From contig NC_043001.1 of the NCBI RefSeq assembly GCF_006345805.1, forward strand, positions 62,062,001-62,126,000: a stretch of DNA of 64,000 bases, in the 5' to 3' direction. The stretch is from Octopus sinensis (taxonomy: Eukaryota). A model generated the notes under the pieces. It saw only the letters and a program-made list of their open reading frames with translations, was not told where the DNA came from and did no database searches. This document shows, piece by piece, positions 23,726-35,986 of the stretch. Within the stretch, counting starts at the first letter, position 1. The number at the start of each line of letters is the position of its first letter. A program made the position numbers and the translations under genes.

Positions 23726-24739
23726 GATACACACACACACAAAGATTCATTTAACAAATCATTTTTTTTCTTTTTGACAACTACAATTTTGACTTTGCAC
23801 AGTTATTATCTTGAGCATGTAATTTTAAAGCAAAGGTAAAAATTTCCTCATGTCATCTCTAATTTGGTATTTTAAATTTTGCTCTAAGTAAAGAACTGTA
23901 CTATTATTTTAACACATTTTTATGAATGCAATATTAGTGTTAGTGATCTCACTTAAATTGGTTTCTAATAATTTTATAAATTTTTAAATTTTCAGTGTCA
24001 GACACACTTCAGAATTTATCTCTTTACATTTGTTTTAAATAATAGGTCTGACCTAGCATAGGTTAAAATAATAGGTCTGACCTAGCATTGGTTAAAATAA
24101 CAGTTATTATAAATATAAATTATTATAATTAATAATTTTTTTAGAATTGGTGGATATCATAAGAGAGGAATTCTAACTGAAGCTCACCATTTAACCAGCC
24201 CAATTTTAATTTTTTTTTTTTTTCTAGTTTACCATATTTTTTCAAATTTATATTTTAGAAACTTTATCATTGTGAATTTATAATTTTTTTAGACTTTCAG
24301 AATAGCTGTCTCACAGAAATCAGAATTTCTCCAGGATTTTTTTTTTTTCAGGGTTTTTCACATTGTTTAGTACCTCACATTTCAAAACTCTTATGGGAGA
24401 ACTTTCTTTAAAACATTTTAATCCATGCTGTTTTAAATCCTTTCATGGTACTTTCAGAATACAAGGCACCACTTTCTTTTTTTATTTTTCTTGAAACATT
24501 TATAATCCGTACTTTTTCAGAAAAAAATTTGGAAAAGCTATCATGCATAAATCAGAATTCCTTAGGTATTTTTTTCTTTTTGGATTTTAATTATGAAAAT
24601 TAAAATGATGATGTGGAAGCGTGAAATTTTTTCTCTAAAAATGTGTATTACTATATAACATTGAAGGTATATTGTACAAATGTTTCAAAATGTGAAATAC
24701 TATATAACATTGAAGGTATATTGTACAACATACTTTGAA

Positions 24740-25330
24740 TAACCAAACTTTCTTTACAGTTAGATGAGTCTTCTCTGCCAAGCAATAAAAGTCTGTTTCT
24801 TGCTTATGTTTGCTTTGTTAAATATTAATGTTTGGTTCAAGAGCTATTATTAATAAGACAACTAGAAATAGATATAAAAGAGGAGTCAATATTTCATGTT
24901 TGAGCAATTGATGGGACACCATCAATGATTGGTTGTCATCACTGCTTCATCAATTTATTGAAAAAGTTATACCTAGCACGTTTGCAGTTCTCTCTATGAT
25001 CTACAGGTAATCTCTGGTTTTGAATAACCTAAGTGGTAGACTTAACAATTTGTTGAACACTGTTATCACAGTAATAAATAAAGTCAAGGCACATGGTCTC
25101 AAATCCCCAATGTTTTGACAACTTTATACAGAGAATGATGAATTCATACAAGTCTCTTATTCTGTTCTTTGCCAAGAAACATCAAGCATGACTATGATTA
25201 TATGGTAGATATGTTCACAAAGTTCAAACTATCCTTCTATCTCTAACTTTCAATAGAGATCCAGATCCTCTCATTGGATACATTTTTTAACAACTCTTAA
25301 CTTTAGCATCTGATCTCACTTATTTCTTGG
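24740..25330 (+). mobile_element. Highly degenerate hAT (Buster/SPIN-like) transposase remnant
   Basis: SLQLDESSLPSNKSLFLAYV; similar to the 26922 peptide. Confidence 0.65.
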
Positions 25331-25723
25331 GGTGATATTAAATATTTTACACCTGCAGATACATGTATATAATTTAGTTAACATATTTTAATCCCAAATG
25401 ATAAACCCAACTGTTAGAGAATTAACTAATACAGTGCTAATGTACTCAGCAGCTCATTTCTTTTTCTTGTGTCATCTTGCTCTTCTCTCATGGAATTAAT
25501 AACCAGAACTACACCCACCCTAATTTTAAGATTTAGTAATAGTTAAAGCCTATATATACCTATTCCTATTATTAACTTGCTTTCAGCTTCTTACATTAAA
25601 CTCAATTACAAGATAGAATATACAAAGTGTTTGAACTAAATTTGACAGTTTGCATTAAGTGAAAACAGAATACAATATCCCATCAAAAAATAAAAGTAAT
25701 ATAAAATTTTTTCAAATATCAAC

Positions 25724-26108
25724 TAGGAGTGGCTGTGTGGTAAGTAGCTTGCTTACCAGTTACATGGTTCTGGGTTCAGTCCCACTGCATAGCACCTTGG
25801 GCAAATGTCTTCTACTATCGCCTCGGACTGACCAAAGCCTTGTGAGTGGATTTGGTAGATGGAAACTGAAAGAAGCCCATTGTATGTATGTATGTGTGTG
25901 TGTTTGTGTGTCTGTGCTTGTCCCCCCAACATCGCTTGATGCTGGTGTGTTTACATCTCCTGTAAAAACGTTTCAGCAAAAGAGACTAATAGACTAAGCA
26001 CTAGGCTTACAAAGAATAAGTCCTGGGGTCGATTTGCTTGGCTAAAGGCAATGCTCCAGCATGGCTACAGTCAAATGACTGAAACAAGTAAAAGAATAAA
26101 AGAATATA
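25724..26108 (+). mobile_element. SINE family A
   Basis: aggagtggctgtgtggtaagtagc...gaaacaagtaaaagaataaaagaata. Confidence 0.9.
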
Positions 26109-26149
26109 TTATGGCTGGGAAATAACAGTTTACTCAAAGATAGCTAATA

Positions 26150-26345
26150 AATATAGTAGATCGCTAGCCACTACACATTCTTTATTTTCTCTCCTTGTTT
26201 CTTTCTGTGTTCCTTTCTGTGGAAGAGCATAGGCTTGAAGCGTAAAAGACATTTTCACTTCCCGAGTGTTAAATGAATACATCTGTTTGTTATCTACACT
26301 ACCTGTCTTCGTCTTTTGTTTTTTTGTGAATTCTCCCCTAATAGA
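26150..26345 (+). repeat. Repeat tail with an HHR-like relic (same family as 59570-59706)
   Basis: ttctgtgttcctttctgtggaagagc.taggct.gaa.c... through ...gaattctcccc, shared in reverse with 59570-59706. Confidence 0.65.
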
Positions 26346-26539
26346 TAGTAGGCTGATAAGGAGTGAAATAAGAATGTAAACACATTTTTTCTATAGTATG
26401 GAAAAATCAAAGGAGAGTATTTTGGATTAATGCTGTGTTGTACTGGAAATAGATATTGTTTAATTAATGATAAACTGGATAGAGAATTAGGCTCAATTCA
26501 GATGGTTATGTGAAGCTGCATGAGACTTTGGTCTAACCC

Positions 26540-26730
26540 AACTGGAGACAGTTGTTGCTGGATGGCCATATGTGTGGCTGCAGGATTCAGTGCCTTGCCA
26601 CACCTCAAGAAAGAGTAGTTGTTGGAGAATTTCTATGACTTCACCAGCCCCAATTTCTGGCCTCCTAATTCACCCATTGATTACTATGTGTGGGGTACAG
26701 TAGAGAAAGACACCAACTGCTCAGATAACT
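26540..26730 (+). mobile_element. Tc1/mariner transposase C-terminal fragment
   Basis: FWPPNSP..DYYVWGTVEKDTN-like translation at about 26655-26720. Confidence 0.6.
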
Positions 26731-26799
26731 TTGAAATAGGTGAATAACAACTTATTGAGTTTGATAAATTATGTAACTTCATCAAATTTTGCCAGTTGA

Positions 26800-28010
26800 A
26801 TCTGTTTTAATTTCGTCAGTTATGAAACAAAATGCTGGTGAAATTACTAGTTTCATTCTTTTAAACAACTTGTTACCGCCATGGAACATTGATGAAATAG
26901 CTGAAGATATAAAAAAGTAAATTGCATGCAAAACAATTTTCCTTTCAACTTGATGAATCTACCCTGAAATATAATACAGCTATTTTATTGGCATATGTTC
27001 AATTTTGGGATGATAATAGACTCAGAAAGGAAATGTTTTTCGCCAGAAGTTTTAAAACAGACACTAAAGGCAAAACAATTTTCAAAGAAGTTGCCACTTA
27101 CTTTGAGGTAAACAATATTCCACTCAAAGATCACTTGTCCTAATAATTGTGTTCCACCCATGACAAGCAAACACAGAGGTTTCATTGCATAATTTAAAGA
27201 AATGCTGTGCCTAAAGTATTTTGCATACACTGTGTGATACACCAACAACACTTAATTGCAAAAGAATTAAGTGGTCGTCTACACGATGCTCTTAATATTG
27301 TAATAAAAGTCGTTAACCATATTAAATCAAATTCTTTACATCACTGCATCTTCCATGAACTCTGTAATCAAAATAAAGAAAAGTTTGGATGCCTTATAAT
27401 TCATACAAAGGTGAGATTGTTATGTAAAGGTAATTGTCAATATCGTTTTGTTGCACTTTGACACACTATTATCTAATTTCTGGTTAACAACCATCTCAGC
27501 CAACAAATGGCTGCTGTAAAATGATATACTTTATTTATCAGACATATTTGATAGAATCAATTTACTTAATAAACAGCTTCAAGAGGAAAAGTGTGATCTC
27601 ATATCCTCCAAAGGAATTATTCTTTTCTAGGGAAAATACAGTTCTACAAAATGAATACTGTACATCATGCATTATTATAATTACCCAGTTTAAAATCAAT
27701 ATGCAATGATGACTTTGTATTGCATTCTGAGCATTTAAAAACTTTGCACAACTCAGTTTAGTGACCTACTCAAGCTAAATATACTGTTTGAAGTTAATGT
27801 TACAAATGCAGATATTTGTTTGTAGGAGAATCTGATAGAATTACAGTGATGAAATACTTCAAGCAACTTTTAAAAATGCAAAACAATATATAAAAAAGTC
27901 ATGACACTGCTAAAATATATCCATTATACTGGGATAAAAGCACATTGTACTTTACTGTTTTTCCTTTATCGCACCTTGTTGAATTTGGTTTCTCTCAAAA
28001 GTTTCAAACC
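26800..28010 (+). mobile_element. Degenerate hAT (Buster/SPIN/ZBED-like) transposase remnant
   Basis: FSFQLDESTLKYNTAILLAYV; HCVIHQQHLIAKELSGRLHDALNIVIKVVNHIKSNSL; HTKVRLLCKG. Confidence 0.85.
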
Positions 28011-28074
28011 AATTCAACATATACACTGAGGCGGGTGCTACTCTTCCACCCATTATATAATTGATATTTATGAT

Positions 28075-28432
28075 ACAGGCACAGGCTCTGTGGTAAGAAG
28101 TTTGCTTCCCAACCACATAACTCTAGGTTCAACCCCACTGCATGATATCTTGAGCAAAAGACTACAGCCCCAGGACTGAACAAAGCCTTGTGAGCAGATC
28201 TGGTGGATAAAAACTGAAAGAAGCCTATCAAGTTGATATGTATGTATGTATGGATGTCCCCCCACCACCACCACCGCTTGACAACCAGAGTTGAATACGT
28301 CCCCATAATTTAACAGGTCAGCAAAAGAGCCCAGTAGAATAAGTACCGGTGTTGATTTGTTCAACTAAAACTCTGCAAGACAGTGTCCCAGCATGGTCAC
28401 AATCCAATGACTGAAACAAGTAAAAGATACGA
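28075..28432 (+). mobile_element. Older, diverged SINE family A copy
   Basis: tgtggtaagaagtttgcttcccaaccac...cagcatggtcacaatccaatgactgaaacaagtaaaaga. Confidence 0.8.
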
Positions 28433-29489
28433 TAGATAAAATTATGTAGTTGTTAGTTAATGAAAGTCCCCCCATATATTGTAGTTTCACATCCCTGAAA
28501 AGGGTTGACAATGTTTAAGGAAATTAAGATGGTTACCGACTTTTTAACTTGCCCGACACCATGTAAAGAAAGATTGTTTTCAGATTAATAAAAGAAAGTA
28601 CAACAAAAAAATTCCAGTTTTTGGTGTGCATGGAGTAGAAGAAAACTGGTTCAAGAGAAAGGTTGAAATCAGTCGCCCCTCTCCCATGCCCGTTTTTTTT
28701 TCTCCTGTTATAATTCACTTGCACTTTCAAAATGTAGAGTCATCTCCCTGGAATTCTGTTAGTGTCTTTTGCCAGTTATTTCCCTTAGATAGTACGCTGA
28801 TTAGATTTCTTGAATTTTTTTTTGGGGGGGGGTTTCTGTATTGGTTTGTATATTGCTATTACTCAGACGTACTTGGTCAACAACGATGCTTCATGTATTA
28901 AAAAAAAGACAACCGGATCACGACTGGAGCGTGATAAATTTCAAGTTTATCAAATTTGTACCCCAAAAATGTATCTTTTAACGAATGTATGCAGTTGCAC
29001 AACATTCTAATTTTTGTACTGACATCTCCCTCATACTATTGAAAACAGTAACGATACAGTAGATAATGTAATCCCAGATACCGATAAAAGTTTGGATGGT
29101 CACGACTGGAAAACCTTCTATTATATTTTGGTTTAGTCATTGTTAACCAGAACAACATATTCTTCGCTGTTTTATTTCATCAGTACTTTTGCGTTACTGA
29201 ATACTAGGTCTTTGGATTCAGTAGCACTATATGATATTGTATAGTAAAAACATATTTTGATTACCTTTCATTATATATGTCTTGCAAACAACTTGCACAT
29301 GCAAGTGCTACCAGTCAAAAGCTCCGTATACCGGAAGCCAGCAAGTGTATGGGGTCATCAGGAGAGAATGCGCGCCGTTTCGGGGCCTACCTCTCGACGG
29401 CATCAATGCGCACCGGCCCCCCTCACTGATATGAGGCCCCGCTTGCTAAAAAAATTATTTTGTCAAACACAAAACAGATAAATCAGTGG

Positions 29490-31090
29490 ACTTGTGACTC
29501 GGCACTTGGAGAAGCATGCCAACATGGAAAAATTAACCACTTATTAGACATAGATGATCTAAAGATTTTTAGTAAGAATGAAAAAGAGATAGATTACTTA
29601 ATACAGATTGTAAGACTCTTCAACAAAGACATAGGCATTGAATTTGGCATAGATAAGTGTACAATGTTAGTGATGAAAAGGGGACAGGTAGTCAACAGTG
29701 AAGGCATCCAATTACCAGATGGCCACACATTAAAATCATTAAAAGAAGGGTTAGGGTTAGGGTTAAGTATCTAGGCATATTAGAATCTGACAGAGTACTA
29801 ACTATAAAAATGAAAACGAAAATTGAGGAGTACATCAGAAGGGTGAGGAAGCTAATGAAGTCAAAGATAAATGGTCTGAATCTAGTGAAGGCTGGAGCGT
29901 GATAAATTTCAAGTTTATCAAATACCTGGGCAGTATCATTACTCAGATACTCAGTAGCTTTTGTAGATTGGACAAAAACTGAATTAGCAAAGCTAGACAG
30001 AAGAACTAAGAAGGAATTCAATATGAATGGAGAACTCCACCCAAGATCAGGAATAGCAAGATTATACTTACATAGAAAGAAAAGTGGAAGAGGGTTAATA
30101 TCAGTAGAAGACTGTGTGAAGTTAGCTTGAGTGATATAATCTCCTATGCAGGTAATAGTGAAGAAAGTTTATTAAAAGCTGCTAGAGTCACAGTAAGACT
30201 TAGGGAAGTTTAAAACCAGAAAAAAGAATAGAGGTTATCTGACTGGCAGGTGAAAGCTTTGCATGGTAGATTCCAAAAGATAGTTGCAGCAAATAATAGT
30301 AGTGAGACATGGTTATGGTTGTAGAAAGAAAGGAAAAGGGAGATAGAAAGTTTGCTAGTAGCAGTATAAAATCAAGCATTAAGAACTAATTTGATACAAG
30401 CCAAGATAGACAAAAACCAAGTAGATTCCCAGTGTAAGTAATGCAAATCAAAAGAGTAAACTGTTACTCATATAGGAAGTGAATGTAGCATGCTGGCACA
30501 GAAAGAATACAAGAAAAGACATGACAACCTAAGGAGTTATGCAGAAAGCTAGGATTTGAACATATTCATAAATGATATGAACATAAATCTAGCAAAGTAC
30601 TAGAAAGTAAAAAATATAAGATGTTGTGGGACTTTAACATTCAGAAATATAAGATGCTGTGGGACTTTAACAGAGTAATAGAAGCTAGGTGGCCTGATTT
30701 AGTAGTCATAAACAAAGAGAATAGACAATGCCAGATAACTGACTTTACAGTCCCAAATGATGAAAAAATCAATAGGAGAGGTATAGAGAAAATAGCAAAG
30801 TACCAGGACCTAGCCATTGAAATACTATGAAAAGTGCGGGTAAAGTGTATTCCAGTAGTTGGGAACTATCCCTAAAGATTTGAACAAATGGATAGAGAAA
30901 ATAGGCATAAAACTCAGTTTAGTATAGCTCCAGGAAACAGTGTTGTTAAGGACAGCTAAGATACTTCGGAGGGTTCCTAACATCTAAGGTTACTTTTTGT
31001 AGCCCAATGTTAGGAATTGTCTTTTCTTTTCCAACAGTTTAATCTGTTGTGTGTATGTGAATAATAATAATAATATAATAATAATAATTT
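29490..31090 (+). mobile_element. 5'-truncated R4/Dong-clade LINE (RT end, CCHC, restriction-like endonuclease) with (AAT)n tail
   Basis: INHLLDIDDLKIF...IGIEFGIDKC; MLWDFN..VIEARWPDLVVINKENRQCQITDFTVP...KIAKYQDL; tail at about 31060-31088. Confidence 0.9.
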
Positions 31091-31750
31091 ACCCCATGAC
31101 CATAAAATACCGTGCTGGCATCTGGCAAGATTAAGGCAAGTCTCATTTCCAGGAAGGAGTCTTTAGCCTTACTCGGTGCCCTTCTGGTGACAGGAAGTAA
31201 AACTCATAGGAAGAAAAGCTCTTTAAGAGAATGAAGCAAATAATTCAAGTAACAGCATAAATGTTATTGGAACCGGAGGTGAAGATGTTTCATCTAACAA
31301 GTACCCCACTGTGCAGAAGTGCAGATCTGATCATAATCCAGTTACCGCTAGCCCTGAAAAGCAATAGAGTTGAAATAAATAGGTAAACACTGTTTTTATG
31401 GAGTGCTGCTATTTGAGCAACTTGGTTAAGGAAAATGGAATTCTAGTAAGAGTTTATCGGCAGAGAATGTATAGTGAACAAAGAGGATTTGTGACGAGAT
31501 AAGAGCAATTCAAGAGAGTAGATGGTTGTCTGAGCTTGAACTTGAAATCATCAAGAGACACAATTAATAACAGCACCAGGTGTGGTAGGTGAAATAGAAA
31601 GAAAAAACTTAGATGATATTGCTCAAAGTTACAGACTCAAAATGATAGCAAATGGAATTTCTGCTGACATTAATGCATGTTTTGATCAACAGAATATATA
31701 GATGGAGTGCTGACAGGATGATCAAATACTATTTGACAGGACCTTTGAGT
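31090..31750 (+). mobile_element. Very degenerate APE-type LINE fragment
   Basis: RSDHNPV motif at about 31322-31345; otherwise poorly resolved. Confidence 0.35.
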
Positions 31751-31789
31751 TAGTAAATTCCCAACATATAGAATGTGTCTGTGTGTGTA

Positions 31790-32190
31790 GATTCCGAATA
31801 GCGGTCTAAGGGAGACAATCCCTTGCGCTTATCAATGCACAGTTGAAACTCTTGTAAAAATATTTCTATATTGGGTCTGCCGAAAATAAAGAAAAGACCC
31901 CGCGTGGCTAACCATCTCCACTCTTTTAAAAATAAACAGAAAATCAACTCCACCGGATTAAGCAAATTTATATGGGAATTGAAGGATAAAAACATTCAAT
32001 TTGAAATTAAATGGGACATTATTGCTTCTGCAATGGCTTATAGAATTAATAACAAGAAATGCAATCTATGTATCGAAGAAGCCTTCAAAAGTTCTTACTT
32101 CTAAGTATGCCCTACTTAACTTACGAAACGAGAAAAATAATTCTTGTATTCATGCAGGAAAATATGTGTTGGCTAAATTTAAGTAATTAA
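31790..32190 (+). mobile_element. Penelope-like GIY-YIG endonuclease remnant
   Basis: YIG..RVANHLHSFKNKQKINSTGLSKFIWELKDKNIQFEIKWDII...KKCNLCIEE; LLNLRNEKNNSCIHAGKYVLAKFK. Confidence 0.88.
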
Positions 32191-33086
32191 TAAATACACA
32201 ATTAAATCATAGAATAGTATAACTACACTATATAACATAACATAATATAATACATAACATTAATAACCGTTTGACATTAAGATGTGCCTCTCACTGAAGA
32301 ATTTCTATAAACCCTTTGAAGCTTTAATTCCGATAATATAATTCTCTTCCTCCCAAATTTTTACTTAACTATATTTCTACTAATAATAATGACTATAACC
32401 ATTGCATCTAGAATTATTATTGCCTCACATAACCACCTTTACGTGTTCTTAGTAAACATTTAATAACCTTTGAACATACACACTTGGCAACATTAATAAC
32501 TGTTTGACATAAAGATGTGTCTCTCACTAATGAAGTTGAATAAACCCTTTGATAATTTAATTCCACTAATGTAACCCTCCCCTTCCCAAATATTTACTTA
32601 ACTACTAATAATATTTAATACTAGCCAATGAAAAATGCAGACACATACTAACAATATTCTTAACAATTAAACCTGGAAAAGTAGAAATTAGAGCTTAAAA
32701 TATTGCTGCTAAAATTTTAAAATTAAAATTTTAATTTAAATTTATATAAAAAAAGGATAAGATAGTTAATTTAAAAATAAAATAACGATTTTATCAAGTG
32801 GTCAGCATGGAAAGAATAACCTTCAAAGGTAATAATTATTAAAGTTATAAATTAGGGTATCTACGAGATACCTTATCCTTATTTATATAAATTTAAATTC
32901 ATTTCGTCACTGTATTTACTGCGGCGATATTTTGACCATATCTCACATGGAATTAAGCGGTGGGCATTTTGAACTGGCTATGATGCATACGTGCATATAT
33001 ATGTAGGTATACGTTCGTATATGTAAGTATTCGTATGTTGTAATTATATATATATATATATGCATTTATGTTTATCTTCTGTGTGT

Positions 33087-33144
33087 ATTCTACTGACGAG
33101 GCAAAGCATTCATAAATGCAAAGTCAGAAATCCGGATCTAGAAT
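33087..33144 (+). ncRNA. Type I hammerhead ribozyme in a PLE 3' region
   Basis: attcta-CTGACGA-ggc[aaagcattcataaatgcaaa]gtc-a-GAAA-tccgga-TC-tagaat; 6-bp stem I, palindromic CCGG loop III, AUC site, one extra A before GAAA. Confidence 0.75.
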
Positions 33145-33285
33145 TATCAGTAATTTTTTACTTGTTTCATCCTGTCTCTTTGTTTTCTCTCCGTGTTGAT
33201 ATACGGACAATTTAGGTGGTTTTAAAGTCAGATCATGGCTGCTATTTTCAGCATGGTGGTATCTCGTAGATACTCTAATTTATAA

Positions 33286-33335
<50 letters not shown>

Positions 33336-33565
33336 TAATTAATCAATATAGGGTGGCAAAAAAAATTTTGTAGAATTTTTTTGCCACCAGCAGCCTAGTG
33401 GGAAAAAATTAAATAGTCATAGACCATTTTTAAGTTCAACATCAACAATCAAGGAACGGCCATAATAGGCCATTCACCCACTAGAAATAACAGCCAAAGC
33501 TTCAACCGCAAATAAAAGTCAACTCTGTAAACCAGGAGAAAATTTAAAAAAACATTTACCCTGTA

Positions 33566-33672
33566 ATTTCTTATACGATGCACCGTTTCATCTGCTGTTT
33601 AATGGTAAACTAACCTGATTAAATTAAATCAAGCCAATCTTCCATAGGCCCTCAGATTCTTCAGTAAGAAAT
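33566..33672 (-). ncRNA. Hammerhead ribozyme, array copy 1 (minus sense)
   Basis: Reverse complement of the motif described at 34121-34227. Confidence 0.88.
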
Positions 33673-34120
33673 AGCCAAGTCGGAACAGATATTTTCACGA
33701 GGCATTTCCGACCCTGCCAAGGTAATATCTGACCTAAAATTTTCAAATAATCGCACTCGCGCCAAATTTATCGGCAGCAAATAAATATAAGCCGTCGATT
33801 CCATTACGGAATTAACCAGAAAATTCATAATTAATCAATATAGGGTGGCAAAAAAATTTTGTAGAATTTTTTTGCCACCAGCGGCCTAGTGGGAAAAAAT
33901 TAAATAGTCATAGACCATTTTTAAGTTCAACATCAACAATCAAGGAACGGCCATAATAGGCCATTCACCCATTCTGGTTAATTCCGTAATGGAATCGACG
34001 GCTTATATTTATTTGCTGCCGATAAATTTGGCGCGAGTGCGATGATTTGAAAATTTTAGGTCAGATATTACCTTGGCAGGGTCGGAAATGCCTCGTGAAA
34101 ATATCTGTTCCGACTTGGCT

Positions 34121-34227
34121 ATTTCTTACTGAAGAATCTGAGGGCCTATGGAAGATTGGCTTGATTTAATTTAATCAGGTTAGTTTACCATTAAACAGCA
34201 GATGAAACGGTGCATCGTATAAGAAAT
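34121..34227 (+). ncRNA. Hammerhead ribozyme, array copy 2
   Basis: atttctta-CTGAAGA-atctg[58 nt]cagat-GAAA-c ggtgcatc g-TA-taagaaat; 8-bp stem I, near-palindromic stem III, GUA cleavage predicted after 34219. Confidence 0.9.
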
Positions 34228-34612
34228 TACAGGGTAAATGTTTTTTTAATTTTCTCCTGGTTTACAGAGTTGACTTTTATTTGCGGTTGAAGCTTTGGCT
34301 GTTATTTCTAGTGGGTGAATGGCCTATTATGGCCGTTCCTTGATTGTTGATGTTGAACTTAAAAATGGTCTATGACTATTTAATTTTTTCCCACTAGGCC
34401 GCTGGTGGCAAAAAAATTCTACAAAATTTTTTTTTGCCACCCTATATTGATTAATTATGAATTTTCTGGTTAATTCCGTAATGGAATCGACGGCTTATAT
34501 TTATTTGCTGCCGATAAATTTGGCGCGAGTGCGATGATTTGAAAATTTTAGGTCAGATATTACCTTGGCAGGGTCGGAAATGCCTCGTGAAAATATCTGT
34601 TCCGACTTGGCT

Positions 34613-34719
34613 ATTTCTTACTGAAGAATCTGAGGGCCTATGGAAGATTGGCTTGATTTAATTTAATCAGGTTAGTTTACCATTAAACAGCAGATGAAAC
34701 GGTGCATCGTATAAGAAAT
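34613..34719 (+). ncRNA. Hammerhead ribozyme, array copy 3
   Basis: Same motif as copy 2. Confidence 0.9.
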
Positions 34720-35102
34720 TACAGGGTAAATGTTTTTTTAAATTTTCTCCTGGTTTACAGAGTTGACTTTTATTTGCGGTTGAAGCTTTGGCTGTTATTT
34801 CTAGTGGGTGAATGGCCTATTATGGCCGTTCCTTGATTGTTGATGTTGAACTTAAAAATGGTCTATGACTATTTAATTTTTTCCCACTAGGCCGCTGGTG
34901 GCAAAAAAATTCTACAAAATTTTTTTTGCCACCCTATATTGATTAATTATGAATTTTCTGGTTAATTCCGTAATGGAATCGACGGCTTATATTTATTTGC
35001 TGCCGATAATTTGGCGCGAGTGCGATGATTTGAAAATTTTAGGTCAGATATTACCTGGCAGGGTCGGAAATGCCTCGTGAAAATATCTGTTCCGACTTGG
35101 CT

Positions 35103-35209
35103 ATTTCTTACTGAAGAATCTGAGGGCCTATGGAAGATTGGCTTGATTTAATTTAATCAGGTTAGTTTACCATTAAACAGCAGATGAAACGGTGCATCGT
35201 ATAAGAAAT
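35103..35209 (+). ncRNA. Hammerhead ribozyme, array copy 4
   Basis: Same motif as copy 2. Confidence 0.9.
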
Positions 35210-35593
35210 TACAGGGTAAATGTTTTTTTAAATTTTCTCCTGGTTTACAGAGTTGACTTTTATTTGCGGTTGAAGCTTTGGCTGTTATTTCTAGTGGGTG
35301 AATGGCCTATTATGGCCGTTCCTTGATTGTTGATGTTGAACTTAAAAATGGTCTATGAATATTTAATTTTTTCCCACTAGGCGCTGGTGGCAAAAAAATT
35401 CTACAAAATTTTTTTTGCCACCCTATATTGATTAATTATGAATTTTCTGGTTAATTCCGTAATGGAATCGACGGCTTATATTTATTTGCTGCCGATAAAT
35501 TTGGCGCAAGTGCGATGATTTGAAAATTTTAGGTCAGATATTACCTTGGCAGGGTCGGAAATGCCTCGTGAAAATATCTGTTCCGACTTGGCT

Positions 35594-35700
35594 ATTTCTT
35601 ACTGAAGAATCTGAGGGCCTATGGAAGATTGGCTTGATTTAATTTAATCAGGTTAGTTTACCATTAAACAGCAGATGAAACGGTGCATCGTATAAGAAAT
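35594..35700 (+). ncRNA. Hammerhead ribozyme, array copy 5
   Basis: Same motif as copy 2. Confidence 0.9.
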
Positions 35701-35823
35701 TACAGGGTAAATGTTTTTTTTTAAATTTTCTCCTGGTTTACAGAGTTGACTTTTATTTGCGGTTGAAGCTTTGGCTGTTATTTCTAGTGGGTGAATGGCC
35801 TATTATGGCCGTTCCTTGATTGT

Positions 35824-35862
<39 letters not shown>

Positions 35863-35948
35863 TTTGAGGGAATATTAATCCTAACTTACAGTGAAAAATT
35901 CAATTTAGAAATACTAAATCAAATTTCACACAATATAATATATATATA

Positions 35949-35983
<35 letters not shown>

Positions 35984-35986
<3 letters not shown>

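Larger units (their letters stand above)
33331..35827. repeat. ~490-bp hammerhead-containing unit: 1.3 copies minus-sense plus 3.8 copies plus-sense, head to head, flanked by (AT)n
   Basis: Period 492 (33331/33823; 34441/34933); inversion junction at 33971/33972; near-identical copies; no ORF. Confidence 0.95.

Noticed and set aside
24035-24730. Small local tandem duplications (29 bp at about 24040; about 35 bp at 24648/24698)
   Set aside because: Ordinary slippage-type duplications with no further structure
29360-29435. Possible minus-strand hammerhead (gcgca-TTGATG...GAAACGG and a nearby CTGATGA)
   Set aside because: Core, stem II and cleavage triplet cannot be assembled consistently
33345-33402. 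Helitron 3' end (hairpin plus CTAG|T) as the explanation for the 490-bp array
   Set aside because: No 5' TC start at the implied junction; the intact hammerhead and (AT)n-anchored inverted layout fit a PLE/retrozyme origin better, though this is not fully excluded
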